In this document: positions 20,091 to 30,704 of the stretch, in pieces
Layout: the number at the start of each line of letters is the position of its first letter
Numbering within the stretch: the stretch's first letter is position 1
Source: Bacteroidia bacterium
GTDB lineage: Bacteria > Bacteroidota > Bacteroidia > NS11-12g > UBA9320
Direction: 5' to 3'
Assembly: GCA_965216465.1 (NCBI GenBank)
Contig: CBDCFW010000003.1
Location: forward strand, 192,001 to 256,000
Length of the DNA stretch: 64,000 nucleotides
Notes under the pieces: generated by a model
What the model was told of the DNA's origin: nothing
The model's input: only the letters and a program-made list of their open reading frames with translations
The model's database searches: none
Translations under genes and position numbers: made by a program

Positions 20091-20568
20091 TTTGTTGTTT
20101 CTCGCTTTTATTTGGGGTTTCGGTAGCGAAACCAAGGCTCAAAATGTTGAGTTTGCGGCAGCTGCATCAATGGAAGTTAACTATTCTGGATATGTCACAC
20201 AACTGGAAGCACAGGCTTCAAAAGACAAACATCAAATCGAGCTTGGACTTCTTTACAATCTCTCAGATGGATACATAAACAACAGTGTGGTGGGTCAGAC
20301 AATTGCCTATCGCTACAGTGTTCTTAAATCACAAAAATGGCAAGCAAGCACGGGATTTAGCTATAAGAGACAAACACCACTATCAAGTTTAACGTTGCAT
20401 CTGATAAACTATGAATTAGGCGTTGAGTTCAAACTTACCGATCGTCTCTTTTTATCGAACCATGTTGGCTACGGGTTGGCACTCGAATCTGTAAAAAGAA
20501 ATGGTGCTCAGTTTTCGGCCAACAACGTATCAGGTTTGTTCAACATAAAATGCGGATATCAGTTTTAA
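20074..20568 (+). CDS. Hypothetical small outer-membrane beta-barrel protein
   Basis: Signal peptide, amphipathic strands, terminal GYQF; start could also be 20068. Confidence 0.55.
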   Translation: MEWRFSLLFLAFIWGFGSETKAQNVEFAAAASMEVNYSGYVTQLEAQASKDKHQIELGLLYNLSDGYINNSVVGQTIAYRYSVLKSQKWQASTGFSYKRQTPLSSLTLHLINYELGVEFKLTDRLFLSNHVGYGLALESVKRNGAQFSANNVSGLFNIKCGYQF

Positions 20569-21380
20569 TCATAGCGACCTTTTTGTTGTTTGGATGCCAA
20601 AAAAGTGTTCCAAACGGCCCCAATGTGATGTTGCTTGGTCATGGCGGAGCGGGTTTCGACCTTACGAATGCCAAATTTCCGATTAATTCAGAGAAGAGCA
20701 TTAGCCAAGCATTGGATGTTTATGGTATTGATGGAGTGGAGGTTGACTTAAAATTCACCCGTGATGGAGAGATAGTGCTTTTTCACGACCGATTCTTAGA
20801 AATGAGCACAGATGGTAGAGGAAAAGTAGAGGAGCAAAGCTTTGAAGAGATAATGCAATACCGTTATCGCCAAGAATTTCACAATACGGGTAAAGAACGC
20901 ATTCTGAGCTTAAGTAAATTTATAGAGCTACTTCAGTCACAATGGGTCGGAAAACATGTAAGTTTTAGCATTGATTTAGAGCCCGAAAGTTTGGCCATTT
21001 TCTCAAAAGACAGCTTGTGTCGACTTTTAGTAAACGCATTAGAATCTAGTGGGGTAGTAGACCAATGTTTTGTAGAGAGTTCAGACTTAGAATTGCTTGA
21101 GTTGCTTAAATCCTACAATGAGCAAATAGAATGTTATTGGCTTACTAGCTTAGATGAAGGCCTTTTAAGTATAGCCGATACGCTTATGTTAGACGGGTTT
21201 GTCTTTCATCACTTAGAATCGAATAAAGATCTGCAACAGCAACTAAAAACTTTAAACAAGGGAATTATGCTGTACGGTCAACTTATTCAATCCGACTATG
21301 TAAATCAGGATTATACAGGCGTGACTGCGTTGCAGGTAGACAACCCAATTCAAGCACTGAAATACTTTGAACGCGATTAG
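20550..21380 (+). CDS. Glycerophosphodiester phosphodiesterase family lipoprotein
   Basis: Lipobox LFGC; GHGG, GVEVD and LFHD motifs. Confidence 0.82.
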   Translation: MRISVLIIATFLLFGCQKSVPNGPNVMLLGHGGAGFDLTNAKFPINSEKSISQALDVYGIDGVEVDLKFTRDGEIVLFHDRFLEMSTDGRGKVEEQSFEEIMQYRYRQEFHNTGKERILSLSKFIELLQSQWVGKHVSFSIDLEPESLAIFSKDSLCRLLVNALESSGVVDQCFVESSDLELLELLKSYNEQIECYWLTSLDEGLLSIADTLMLDGFVFHHLESNKDLQQQLKTLNKGIMLYGQLIQSDYVNQDYTGVTALQVDNPIQALKYFERD

Positions 21381-21910
21381 CTCACGTTAAAGTTATATAG
21401 CTTTTTGTAGTCAGCTAGTGAAGTTCTTAGCTTTCTTTTTGCTACGAAGATTCTAGTTTTAACCGTTCCGATAGGAATTTGCAGCTTTTCAGCAATCTCA
21501 TGATACTTATACCCCAAAGTGTTTAGCTCAAATGTGATGCGTAAATCTTTAGGTAGTTTGTCGATGGCTTCTTCAATGTCTTTACGTATAAACTTTACTT
21601 CACCCATGTTGTACGTGTTGTAAGATTCAGCCTTGTCAATAATGTACTGTTCTTCTTGCGTATCCATAAATGAGTTACGTTTAGTGTTTCGACGGTAATT
21701 ATTAATAAAGGTATTACGCATAATGGTAAATAACCATCCTTTTAAGTTTGTCCCTTTTTTGAATTTTTCAGCGTAAGTCATTCCTTTAAGAAAGGTCTCC
21801 TGAACCAAATCATTGGCATCATCAGGATTTTGAGTTAGCTGCAGAGCGTAGTTTCTTAGGATGAATTCGTGCTCGTGAATGTTGGCCCCAAATGTTGTTA
21901 AGTTTTGCAT
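21377..21910 (-). CDS. ECF RNA polymerase sigma factor
   Basis: DLVQETFLK, WLFTIMRN and EIAEKLQIPIGTVKTRI (sigma2 + sigma4 only). Confidence 0.93.
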   Translation of the reverse strand: MQNLTTFGANIHEHEFILRNYALQLTQNPDDANDLVQETFLKGMTYAEKFKKGTNLKGWLFTIMRNTFINNYRRNTKRNSFMDTQEEQYIIDKAESYNTYNMGEVKFIRKDIEEAIDKLPKDLRITFELNTLGYKYHEIAEKLQIPIGTVKTRIFVAKRKLRTSLADYKKLYNFNVS

Positions 21911-22129
21911 TTTGTTTAAAGTTATGCCTCAAAAGTAAAACAAATAGATGTATATACAATAGAGGAGAAATGTCGTGGCTGAATAAAATAGACGCTTTTT
22001 CTGTAAAAGCCTTATAATTAGAGTTTTAATTTGCTATAAGTATTGTTTATAGCACTATAAACCGACAATATTCTGACAATTAAACTATGAAAAACCACTA
22101 TTAATTTTTGAAACAGCGATTAAAATTGG

Positions 22130-22555
22130 ATGTTTGTGAGCGAAATGATTACATCGGTCAGTAGAGTAGAAAGATTTAATTCAGCACATCGATTATCTAA
22201 CCCAAAATGGACGGATGAGGAGAATGCTGAGTACTTTGGATTGTGTAACAACAAAAACTTCCATGGTCATAACTACAAGTTAATTGTTACGGTAACTGGA
22301 GAAGTTAATCCAGATACAGGTTATTTAGTTGATTTAAAAAGACTGAAAGGACTTATTAGACAAGAAGTTAGCGACCGATTTGATCACCGTAATCTAAATT
22401 TAGATGTTCCTGATTTTAAAGAATTAAACCCTTCGGTAGAAAATATAGCATATGTAATATGGCATCGCTTGAGGGCTGTGATTAGAGAAAATTTGGAACT
22501 TAAAATTACCCTGTACGAAACCGAAAGAAACTTTGTAGAATATGAAGGAAGATAA
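22130..22555 (+). CDS. queD: 6-carboxytetrahydropterin / 6-pyruvoyl-tetrahydropterin synthase
   Basis: FNSAHRL, C...HGHNY, DHRNLN and ET motifs; start may be ATG 22145. Confidence 0.88.
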   Translation: MFVSEMITSVSRVERFNSAHRLSNPKWTDEENAEYFGLCNNKNFHGHNYKLIVTVTGEVNPDTGYLVDLKRLKGLIRQEVSDRFDHRNLNLDVPDFKELNPSVENIAYVIWHRLRAVIRENLELKITLYETERNFVEYEGR

Positions 22556-23192
22556 CGAAATGGAAATTCATCACATTGCTTCGTCACTGGATACACCTTT
22601 AAGGCCAGATGCCTTTGAACTGAACGACGAAGAAAAGATCGAAAAAATTAAACATCACTTTTCTGCTATAATGGAGACGTTAGGTTTAGACCTTAGTGAC
22701 GATAGCTTGTCTCAAACTCCTGGTCGAGTAGCCAAGATGTATGTCAACGAGATTTTTAGTGGACTTAATCCTGCGAATCTCCCAACCTCCACCTTGTTTG
22801 AGAATAAATTTAAATACAGCCAAATGCTGGTGGAGAAAGATATATCTGTATACTCCATGTGTGAACATCACTTCGTTCCTATAATTGGTAAAGCCCATGT
22901 AGCATATATAGCAAACGATAAAGTGATAGGGTTATCAAAAATTCATCGAATTGTTAAGTACTACGCTAAGCGTCCACAAGTTCAAGAACGGTTAACACGT
23001 CAAATAGCTGAAGCACTAAAAAAGACCTTAGACACAGAAGACGTTGCTGTGGTAATTGACGCCAGACATATGTGTGTAGAGTCTAGAGGTGTTGAAGACG
23101 TGACCAGTTCAACAGTTACAGCATCTATTTCAGGACAGTTTCAGAAAGAGGCAACTCGAATGGAGTTTCTGAGATATATCGGTATGAGCTAA
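22542..23192 (+). CDS. folE: GTP cyclohydrolase I
   Basis: [17 protein letters not shown] and HMC motifs. Confidence 0.96.
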   Translation: MKEDNEMEIHHIASSLDTPLRPDAFELNDEEKIEKIKHHFSAIMETLGLDLSDDSLSQTPGRVAKMYVNEIFSGLNPANLPTSTLFENKFKYSQMLVEKDISVYSMCEHHFVPIIGKAHVAYIANDKVIGLSKIHRIVKYYAKRPQVQERLTRQIAEALKKTLDTEDVAVVIDARHMCVESRGVEDVTSSTVTASISGQFQKEATRMEFLRYIGMS

Positions 23193-23203
23193 GTCTATTT
23201 AGC

Positions 23204-24043
23204 TCAATTAATAAAGTTCATAGCACGTAGGGCTTCAAGACTAACCTGCAATCGGATGCGTGCAAAGGTGTCCATGTCAAAATCTTCTTGTGGTTCAACT
23301 TTAGTGGCAACATAATACGTTTTATCTCCACGTTCAATCCAGCCAACAAACCATCCTACATTGTTTCCATCTCGAATCGACCACCCGGTTTTACCTCTAA
23401 GGCTATAATCTTTGTTTTGATCAAGCAGCATGATGTTCAAAATTGATGTTCTCGTACCACTTGTAATTGGTAATGAGTCGTTCTTCAAGCGTTTTAAAAA
23501 GTTAATCTGCTCTTGCTGAGATATTTTAGAATCACCAGTCAACCAGAATTGATCAATACTCGAAGAATCGATTGCCATATTTCCATAATCAAATTTAGTG
23601 ACATAGCGCTGCATGTTTTTTACGCCAATTTTGCGAGCTAATTCTTGGTAGCAAGGAACGCATGATGCATGATAGGCCCCATGAAGGTCAAAATCCTTTT
23701 CCCAGATTTTCATTCTACGCTTTTCGCCATCATATTTAAATGTATCAGATAAGGTAATCGCACCGATTTCTAGTCCTATAATGCTGTTTACAATCTTAAA
23801 AGTTGAAGCGGGTAAACTTCCTTGTTGTGTGTATTCAAAATTGTTGGAATAGTACAAATTTTCGATAGGATCATACACCAAAATGGCCCCGTTAAGCAAA
23901 GCAGAGTCTAAGATTCCTTGAAATTGTTCCGTTTCAACATGCATTACAGGTTGAATGGTTTCTGATTCAGGCTGTTGTTCTGTTGGCTTTTGCTTACACG
24001 CAGCAAAGAAAAGCAAAGCTATTGCGAGGTATGTAGATTTCAT
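23204..24043 (-). CDS. Class D (OXA-type) beta-lactamase family lipoprotein
   Basis: PASTFK, SCV, YGN, FWL, KTG and GWFVGW motifs; lipobox FFAAC from ATG 24043. Confidence 0.88.
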   Translation of the reverse strand: MKSTYLAIALLFFAACKQKPTEQQPESETIQPVMHVETEQFQGILDSALLNGAILVYDPIENLYYSNNFEYTQQGSLPASTFKIVNSIIGLEIGAITLSDTFKYDGEKRRMKIWEKDFDLHGAYHASCVPCYQELARKIGVKNMQRYVTKFDYGNMAIDSSSIDQFWLTGDSKISQQEQINFLKRLKNDSLPITSGTRTSILNIMLLDQNKDYSLRGKTGWSIRDGNNVGWFVGWIERGDKTYYVATKVEPQEDFDMDTFARIRLQVSLEALRAMNFIN

Positions 24044-24185
24044 TTCAGTTAGTAATATACACATAAACGTCGTTATTTGACAAATTCTTATGTGGCTCTC
24101 AATAATCGTAAATCAAACAACTCTCCACATTTAACGAACGGTAGAATATGGCTCGAGAATAAGCTTAATTTTGCTAACCATTCAT

Positions 24186-27100
24186 ATGAAAAATATCATC
24201 TCTATTTTCTTGATGCTGGTATCCGTATTTGGGTATGGCCAATCAAACACTTATGAACAGGCTGCTGGTGACGACTATTGGAAGAAGCGCAAGCCTCATC
24301 CTGGATATTGGCAACAAGACGTGCATTATCAAATAAGTGCAACTATAAACGATGAAGAAGAGTCAATCGGCGGGATTGAAAAGTTAAGCTATTATAACAA
24401 TAGTCCAGACACGCTGAAAGAGGTTTTCTTTCACTTGTATCAAAATGCATTTACACCAAATAGTTATGCACACGAACTTCGAAAATCAGGTAAAATTGAG
24501 ACTGTATTTGGTGAGCATGAATTAAAAGGCGAAGGAACTCACATAGGGAAGTTTATGGTTAACGGAAAAAAGGTTGACTATACTTTAGACAACACGATAT
24601 TAAAAATCAAGCTGGAACAACCGCTTTTACCTGGTGGCGTTTTGAACTTTGAAATATGGTTTAAAACATTTTGGGATAAACAAGATGGTGGAAATATGCG
24701 AAGAAGGATGAAAACCTTTGCCCACAATGGTGTTACTCACTTTGATGGCGTTCATTGGTATCCTCGTATTTGTGTATATGATCGTAAGTTTGGATGGACT
24801 ACAGATCAACACTTAGGTAAAGAGTTTTATGGCGACTTTGGTCTTTTTGAGGTTGAGCTGCAGTTTCCAAACCAGTACATTGTAGAGGCAACAGGAGAGC
24901 TAATCAACGAAAAAGAGGTTCTTCCTACTGAATTACGCGAGGCAATCGATTTAAAGAACTATAAGGCCCCTCGAACAGAGCTTACTCAGCCCATAAAAGC
25001 TGATGGCACCACTAAAACTTGGAAATACCGAGCGGTTAATGTACACGACTTTGCTTTTACGGCAGACCCAACCTATAGAATGGGTGTTGTAGAGTTAAAT
25101 GGCATTAAGTGTGTAGCACTAGCTCAAGAGAAAAATGCACATCGTTGGCAACAAACAGCACAGTTCTTAGCCAATGTTGTGCAAGTATATTCAGACGAAA
25201 TCGGAGCTTACGGGTATCCTAAAATTGTCGCAGCAGATGCTCGAGACGGTATGGAGTATCCCATGCTGACATTAAATAGTGGAAACTGGCCGGGTCATCA
25301 ATATGTGATAGCTCATGAGGTAGGACACAATTGGTTTTTTGGTATGATAGGTAACAATGAAACCTACCGTTCAGGGTTAGATGAAGGATTCACACAATTT
25401 CTAACCGCTTTGAGTTTAAAAAAGATTGGCAAGCAAGACTACTACGATAACAATGTAGATAAGGCAGTGGTTTTTAATCGATACCTAGGACATGCAGCAA
25501 ATGAAAACAACGCAACGCTCGACGTTCATGCTGACCATTACAACTCTGCTGATCGTCATGGTGGAGGTTACAGCCAAGTATATTTCAAAACGGCAACTAT
25601 GCTCTACAATCTACAGTACGTGCTAGGAGACGAACTTTTTAGTGCTGCAATGAAAAATTACTTTTCACAATGGCAATATGCACATCCTTACTGGGAAGAT
25701 TTTAGAAGCAGCGTTATCCGATACACCAAAGTTGATCTCAATTGGTTCTTTGATCAGTGGATTACTTCAACAAAAACTATCGATTACAAGGTGGGAAGAA
25801 TAAAGAAGGTAGGAGAGACGTCGATAGTGATCATCCATAGAAAGACTACCATGCAAATGCCATTAGATATTGCTGTTGAATTTGCCGATGGAAGCATGGA
25901 GTGGTATCACATCCCCAATACTTATTTCATTAAGCAAACTGATGCCAAGGTGCAACCTACTTGGATCGGTTGGGATCAAATGAACTCAACTTACGACTTA
26001 AAAGTAAATAGTGCTAAAAAGATTAAAAATGTGACAATCGATCCCTCCAACAGGCTGGCTGATATTAACCGATTGAACAATTCGAAGAAAACACCCATTG
26101 AGTTCAAATTTTCAAAGTACAAAGACGTTTACGATAACTACGACAAGTACAAAATGAGATGGCACCCAAATGTTTGGTACAACGGAATAGACGGTATTAA
26201 AATAGGTGCTGATGTATTTGGAAACTTTCACAGCAATAAACATCGCTTCAATGCTTCAGTTTGGTACAATTCAGGTATAGGAAGCAATAGTGTGTATGAA
26301 ACAGAACCGACGGCTCCTGTATCCTATAAGGCATCGTACTCTAATCGCGTTGGAAAGCTGTTAAACCTCAACTTAGCTTCGCGTTACCTTGATGGTCTAG
26401 TGCAACAAAAAGTTGGTTTAGATAAGCAAATAGGTCCAAACAAACTGGCTATTTATGCCAAAAGCAATTACCGAAATACTGCGAGTGATTTACGCTATTT
26501 GATTTATGATGAATTGTGGAATGCAGGACAGTGGAATAATAATTTAAATATTACTTGGGATAGAAGTTTGCGTTTCTTCAATGGAAATGGGCGAATAAAA
26601 ATGACCTCGCGTGCAGCATTTTTAAACTCAGACTACAATTATGCCCGAATTAACACTACGCTTACCCGAAACTTATCGGTTAAGAAGCTTGACGTTCGAA
26701 CACGAGCATTTGCGCAATACGGTACGGGTAATTTTGCACCTGAATCAAGGTTGATGCTTGCTGGTGCAAATAACGAAGAGCTCATGGATAATCCATTTAC
26801 AAGAAGCGTTGGTATTGTTCCTTCCGATTGGGAAGGTTTAGGCAATGACTTCAATCACTTCCACGCTGGAGGCGGACTTAATTTAAGAGGTTACAGCGGT
26901 TACAATGCCACAAATTTGGTGGATAGTCAAGCAGTATTTGTGGGCACCGGAACTTCTGGAATAGCAGCTAATGTTGAATTAGACTTTACCCGATATATAC
27001 CTATCAAAAAGGGTATTCCAACAATTCGTGTTAATTCATATTTATTTGGTGATGCAGGCTGGATAGACAATAACGGAGATGGAAGCGGGGTTAGAATTGA

Positions 27101-27263
27101 TGCGGGATTAGGCTTCTTAATTTCGAAGCGGTTCCCGAAAACAAGTTATTACAGACCTGTAACACTTCGAATAGATTTGCCTTTCTTTGTGAATCGACTT
27201 CCTGCAGGGCAAACCGATTTTTTTGCCATGCGTTATGTTGTAGGAATTAACCGAGCATTTTAA
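24186..27263 (+). CDS. M1 family metallo-aminopeptidase with C-terminal beta-barrel-like region
   Basis: GMEYP, HEVGH-x18-E zinc motif, YFK; signal peptide from ATG 24186; C-terminal F. Confidence 0.88.
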   Translation: MKNIISIFLMLVSVFGYGQSNTYEQAAGDDYWKKRKPHPGYWQQDVHYQISATINDEEESIGGIEKLSYYNNSPDTLKEVFFHLYQNAFTPNSYAHELRKSGKIETVFGEHELKGEGTHIGKFMVNGKKVDYTLDNTILKIKLEQPLLPGGVLNFEIWFKTFWDKQDGGNMRRRMKTFAHNGVTHFDGVHWYPRICVYDRKFGWTTDQHLGKEFYGDFGLFEVELQFPNQYIVEATGELINEKEVLPTELREAIDLKNYKAPRTELTQPIKADGTTKTWKYRAVNVHDFAFTADPTYRMGVVELNGIKCVALAQEKNAHRWQQTAQFLANVVQVYSDEIGAYGYPKIVAADARDGMEYPMLTLNSGNWPGHQYVIAHEVGHNWFFGMIGNNETYRSGLDEGFTQFLTALSLKKIGKQDYYDNNVDKAVVFNRYLGHAANENNATLDVHADHYNSADRHGGGYSQVYFKTATMLYNLQYVLGDELFSAAMKNYFSQWQYAHPYWEDFRSSVIRYTKVDLNWFFDQWITSTKTIDYKVGRIKKVGETSIVIIHRKTTMQMPLDIAVEFADGSMEWYHIPNTYFIKQTDAKVQPTWIGWDQMNSTYDLKVNSAKKIKNVTIDPSNRLADINRLNNSKKTPIEFKFSKYKDVYDNYDKYKMRWHPNVWYNGIDGIKIGADVFGNFHSNKHRFNASVWYNSGIGSNSVYETEPTAPVSYKASYSNRVGKLLNLNLASRYLDGLVQQKVGLDKQIGPNKLAIYAKSNYRNTASDLRYLIYDELWNAGQWNNNLNITWDRSLRFFNGNGRIKMTSRAAFLNSDYNYARINTTLTRNLSVKKLDVRTRAFAQYGTGNFAPESRLMLAGANNEELMDNPFTRSVGIVPSDWEGLGNDFNHFHAGGGLNLRGYSGYNATNLVDSQAVFVGTGTSGIAANVELDFTRYIPIKKGIPTIRVNSYLFGDAGWIDNNGDGSGVRIDAGLGFLISKRFPKTSYYRPVTLRIDLPFFVNRLPAGQTDFFAMRYVVGINRAF

Positions 27264-27917
27264 ATGATTAAAGCAGCAGGGATAAGCAAAAAATATGGAG
27301 ACCTAGAGGTCTTAAAAGCCGTAGATATTGAAATCGGCGATTCAGAAATTGTTTCAATCACAGGACCAAGTGGAGCTGGTAAATCAACCCTGCTTCAAAT
27401 ACTAGGAACCCTAGATGCACCCACGTCTGGCAATGTCGCATACAACAATACCGATGTAAGCAGCTTAAAGCGAAAAGAGCTAGCTTCTTTTCGAAACAAA
27501 AACATTGGCTTCATATTTCAATTTCATCACTTGCTACCTGAGTTCTCGGCGGTTGAAAATGTTGCCATGCCAGCCTTTATTTCAGGAATGGGAAAAGCGA
27601 AAGCAACTGACAGAGCAAAAGAACTATTAGGCATGCTAGGCTTGTCTGAACGCTTGAACCATAAACCAAATGAACTGAGTGGAGGAGAGCAGCAAAGGGT
27701 TGCTGTGGCAAGAGCATTAATGAATAAGCCCGATGTGATTTTTGCCGATGAGCCCAGTGGAAACCTAGATACAGAGAATGCTCGAGATTTGCACGAGTTA
27801 TTTATCAAATTGAGAGACGATTTCAATCAATCTTTTGTCATAGTTACACACAACTTGCAATTGGCAGAATTGGCTGATCGCGTGGTGAAGATGAAAGACG
27901 GAGTTATCTTAAAATAA
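27264..27917 (+). CDS. lolD: LolD-like ABC transporter ATP-binding protein
   Basis: [29 protein letters not shown] and DEPSGNLD motifs. Confidence 0.85.
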   Translation: MIKAAGISKKYGDLEVLKAVDIEIGDSEIVSITGPSGAGKSTLLQILGTLDAPTSGNVAYNNTDVSSLKRKELASFRNKNIGFIFQFHHLLPEFSAVENVAMPAFISGMGKAKATDRAKELLGMLGLSERLNHKPNELSGGEQQRVAVARALMNKPDVIFADEPSGNLDTENARDLHELFIKLRDDFNQSFVIVTHNLQLAELADRVVKMKDGVILK

Positions 27918-27955
27918 TACAACCATTAACCAATAGAAGACTTAATTTTGTACCG

Positions 27956-28216
27956 ATGAATCTAGTTATTAAGAATCTACCAAAGAGTTACAACGCCCAC
28001 TATCTTGAAATGTTATTCGAAAAATTCGGAGAATTGGAATCGGCAAAAGTCATTTATGATCGCGTTACACGCGAGCCAACAGGAACCGGCTTCGTAGAGT
28101 TTGAGAAAGAAGAGGATGGACTTAAGGCTATTGAAGAAATGAACGGTAAAGAAATACAAGGCAATGCACTAATTGTAGAAAAGGCTCGTCCTCGTCGAGT
28201 AAACATTTGGAGCTAG
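27956..28216 (+). CDS. RRM (RNP-1) RNA-binding protein
   Basis: RNP2-like LVIKNL and RNP1-like TGTGFVEF. Confidence 0.9.
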   Translation: MNLVIKNLPKSYNAHYLEMLFEKFGELESAKVIYDRVTREPTGTGFVEFEKEEDGLKAIEEMNGKEIQGNALIVEKARPRRVNIWS

Positions 28217-28239
28217 TTGCAGCAATAATTTTGTTCTAC

Positions 28240-28276
28240 AAAAAAGGCTAATTCAATAAAGAATTAGCCTTTTTTT
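28240..28276. terminator. Bidirectional intrinsic terminator
   Basis: AAAAAAGGCTAATTC-aataaa-GAATTAGCCTTTTTT between convergent genes. Confidence 0.9.
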
Positions 28277-28292
28277 ATAAGTCCTATTTCGA

Positions 28293-29180
28293 TTATATGG
28301 TTAAACCTTCATAATCAAACGTTTTCTTAGGGTTAATGCACATCACAGGTGTTTTTTGTGCGTGCTTAACAATTTGTTGGGCATATGAACCAACGAATAA
28401 GTCAGCTAATCGTGCCTCTTCTTGTGTCATAATCATGATTAAGTCAGCATTAACTTCTTCTGCATATTTAACAGTATCCATTCCTAAGTTGTCTGGATAA
28501 AGTTTGTCATCTAATAACTTAGTTGTGAATTTAACATTGTTAGCTTTCAACACACGTTCTACGTATTTCAAATTTGCATCGATTTTATTCTTAATGAACT
28601 CATCTTTCTTTACCTCCATAATTGCATGTACAGTAGAGTTGTATTTACGTGCAAAACGAATTGCCCACACTAATTTTTGTTTAGACCCCTTGGTCAGGTC
28701 AATTGGTAGAACAATGTTATCGAAAGTGTGATCTGGCTCGTGCTCCTTAACCGCAATTACAGGCACTGTAGAAGAGCTGATTACACGTGTTGTGGTACTT
28801 CCAACAAATTGCTCAACGCCATTGGCTCCGTTGGTTCCCATCACGATTTGGTCGCAATCGGTTTCACTAGCCATTTTGTTAATCATTTTGTACGGTCTTC
28901 CTTCTTTAACTTCGATATTAACGACGGCATCTGCCCACTTATCAGTGATGCGTTGTCTGTACTTCTCCATTCTTGAGCGAATTCCATCTTTCAGAATTTC
29001 TTTTTCAGAGTCGCCAATAAAAAGAGATTTCATGCCGCTTGATATTACATTTAAGAGGGTTATTTCGTTGTCGAATAGCTTGGCCATTTCAACAGCGTAA
29101 TCAATAGCATTTTCAGAAGATTGTGAAAAGTCTACTGGCACCAAAATAATGTGATGCTTAGGTGTTTGTATATCTGTCAT
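28293..29180 (-). CDS. Tandem-domain universal stress protein
   Basis: ILVPVDFS, IVMGTNG..G...VGS and a second Usp domain (IVLPID, VGS). Confidence 0.92.
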   Translation of the reverse strand: MTDIQTPKHHIILVPVDFSQSSENAIDYAVEMAKLFDNEITLLNVISSGMKSLFIGDSEKEILKDGIRSRMEKYRQRITDKWADAVVNIEVKEGRPYKMINKMASETDCDQIVMGTNGANGVEQFVGSTTTRVISSSTVPVIAVKEHEPDHTFDNIVLPIDLTKGSKQKLVWAIRFARKYNSTVHAIMEVKKDEFIKNKIDANLKYVERVLKANNVKFTTKLLDDKLYPDNLGMDTVKYAEEVNADLIMIMTQEEARLADLFVGSYAQQIVKHAQKTPVMCINPKKTFDYEGLTI

Positions 29181-29341
29181 AAATTTTGTTCAAATTTGCC
29201 GCAAAGATAATAACCTTTTAAACTTGTTAGTGTTAACTGCAGGTGAAGTTACACTAAATAAGACAGTGTGCTGACTAAGTTAACAGGGCGTTAACTTTGA
29301 ACGTCAAAGGTAGAAGTCTTTTTCAACCGAAACTGAGATAG

Positions 29342-30445
29342 ATGATTGAAATACAAGAAGTAATAGGAAAAAAGCAGGTGAAGCAATTCAATCAGTTTCC
29401 ACGTGATCTACACCGTAACGACCCTGAGTTTATTTCACATTTAGACGTTGATGTCGAGTCAATTTTTGACCGTGCTAAAAACATCAATTTTGAAGGTGAG
29501 TTTGGAGATGCAAAAAGGTGGTTAGCGTTTCAGCATGGCAAACTTGTCGGTAAAGTGGCGGCCTTTTATAATTCGCGACAAAGCGGAGTCGGTTTTTTCG
29601 ATTCGATTAACAGCCAAGAAGTAGCCGATGCTTTGTTTGATGTAGCCATAAACTGGTTAAAAGTCAATGGACAAAAGTCAGTCGAAGCTCCAGTAAACTT
29701 TGCTGAGCGCGATAAGTATTGGGGGTTGCTCGTAGAAGGGTTTAAAAATCCATCTTATCAAGAGCCCTATAATTTTCCATACTACCAAGAATTGTTTGAG
29801 AACTATGGCTTTCAAAAACACTACGAACAAACTACCAGTGAAGTAGACCCTACACAAGTAAATACAGATAGGCTAAATCGTTTTGTACAAAGGGCGCAGG
29901 CAAATACACAACTCAAAGCAGTCCACTTTGATCTCAAAAACAGCCAAAAGTTTGTTCATGCCTTTACCACAATTTATAATGAAGCATGGAAAAATTTGGA
30001 TTTTTATAGGCCTTTAAAAGAGGAACGTGTTGCCAAATTATTTAAGACCATGCGGCCCATTTTAAGGGAGGATATTATGTGGTTTATGTTTGACGGAGAT
30101 CGCCCAGTTGCCTTCTACATTAGCATCATCGATGTGAACCAAATTTTTAAGCACTTGAATGGAAAGATGAACTGGTTAGGAAAGCTTAAGTTTTTATGGT
30201 ACAAGAACCGGGTGAAAATGGAACGAGTACGTGGAATAATTTTTGGCGTTGTGCCTGATTATCAGGAGAAAGGGGCTTATGTTCAAATGATTTTGAAGAT
30301 GCAAGAAGTCATTCTCAACGACCCTGAATTGAAGCGAACAGAACTAAGTTGGATAGGGAGTTACAATCCTAAAATGCATGCCTTGTTTTCGAGCATGAAT
30401 GCAGTCAGAACGAAGCTTCATTTTACCTACGAAAAAGTTTTTTAA
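29342..30445 (+). CDS. GNAT-fold N-acetyltransferase-like protein (YghO-like)
   Basis: GKVAAF..GFFD, GLLVEGF..YNFPYY, GVVPDYQ.KG and ELSWI motifs. Confidence 0.75.
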   Translation: MIEIQEVIGKKQVKQFNQFPRDLHRNDPEFISHLDVDVESIFDRAKNINFEGEFGDAKRWLAFQHGKLVGKVAAFYNSRQSGVGFFDSINSQEVADALFDVAINWLKVNGQKSVEAPVNFAERDKYWGLLVEGFKNPSYQEPYNFPYYQELFENYGFQKHYEQTTSEVDPTQVNTDRLNRFVQRAQANTQLKAVHFDLKNSQKFVHAFTTIYNEAWKNLDFYRPLKEERVAKLFKTMRPILREDIMWFMFDGDRPVAFYISIIDVNQIFKHLNGKMNWLGKLKFLWYKNRVKMERVRGIIFGVVPDYQEKGAYVQMILKMQEVILNDPELKRTELSWIGSYNPKMHALFSSMNAVRTKLHFTYEKVF

Positions 30446-30502
30446 AATTGTTTGTGTTAAATAGAATTAATTTTACATTTGCAGCCGCTTAGGCGATGAG
30501 AT

Positions 30503-30575
30503 GATTCCGTAGCTCAGTTGGTAGAGCATTACACTTTTAATGTAGTGGTCCTGGGTTCGAGTCCCAGCGGGATCA
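30503..30575 (+). tRNA. tRNA-Lys(UUU)
   Basis: Cloverleaf GATTCCG...CGGGATC-A, anticodon loop CTTTTAA, GGTTCGAGTC T-arm; CCA not encoded. Confidence 0.97.
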
Positions 30576-30578
30576 CAG

Positions 30579-30611
30579 AAAAGCCTTCCCTTGATTGGGA
30601 GGGCTTTTTTT
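30579..30611 (+). terminator. Intrinsic terminator of tRNA-Lys
   Basis: AAAAGCCTTCCC-ttgatt-GGGAGGGCTTTTTTT. Confidence 0.88.
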
Positions 30612-30704
30612 GTGGTGTAAAATTGAAGATTTGAACCATAATAAGAGATGAATATTGGGCTCTGATTTAAAATCCATATTTTGCACAACCTTATTCACGA
30701 CTAT

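Noticed and set aside
22130-23192. 7-deazaguanine DNA-modification (dpd) island
   Set aside because: queD-folE sit among housekeeping genes with no dpdA/tgt paralog, queC or queE; ordinary pterin/queuosine pathway
30473-30688. 71-aa minus-strand ORF
   Set aside because: Shadow of tRNA-Lys and its terminator
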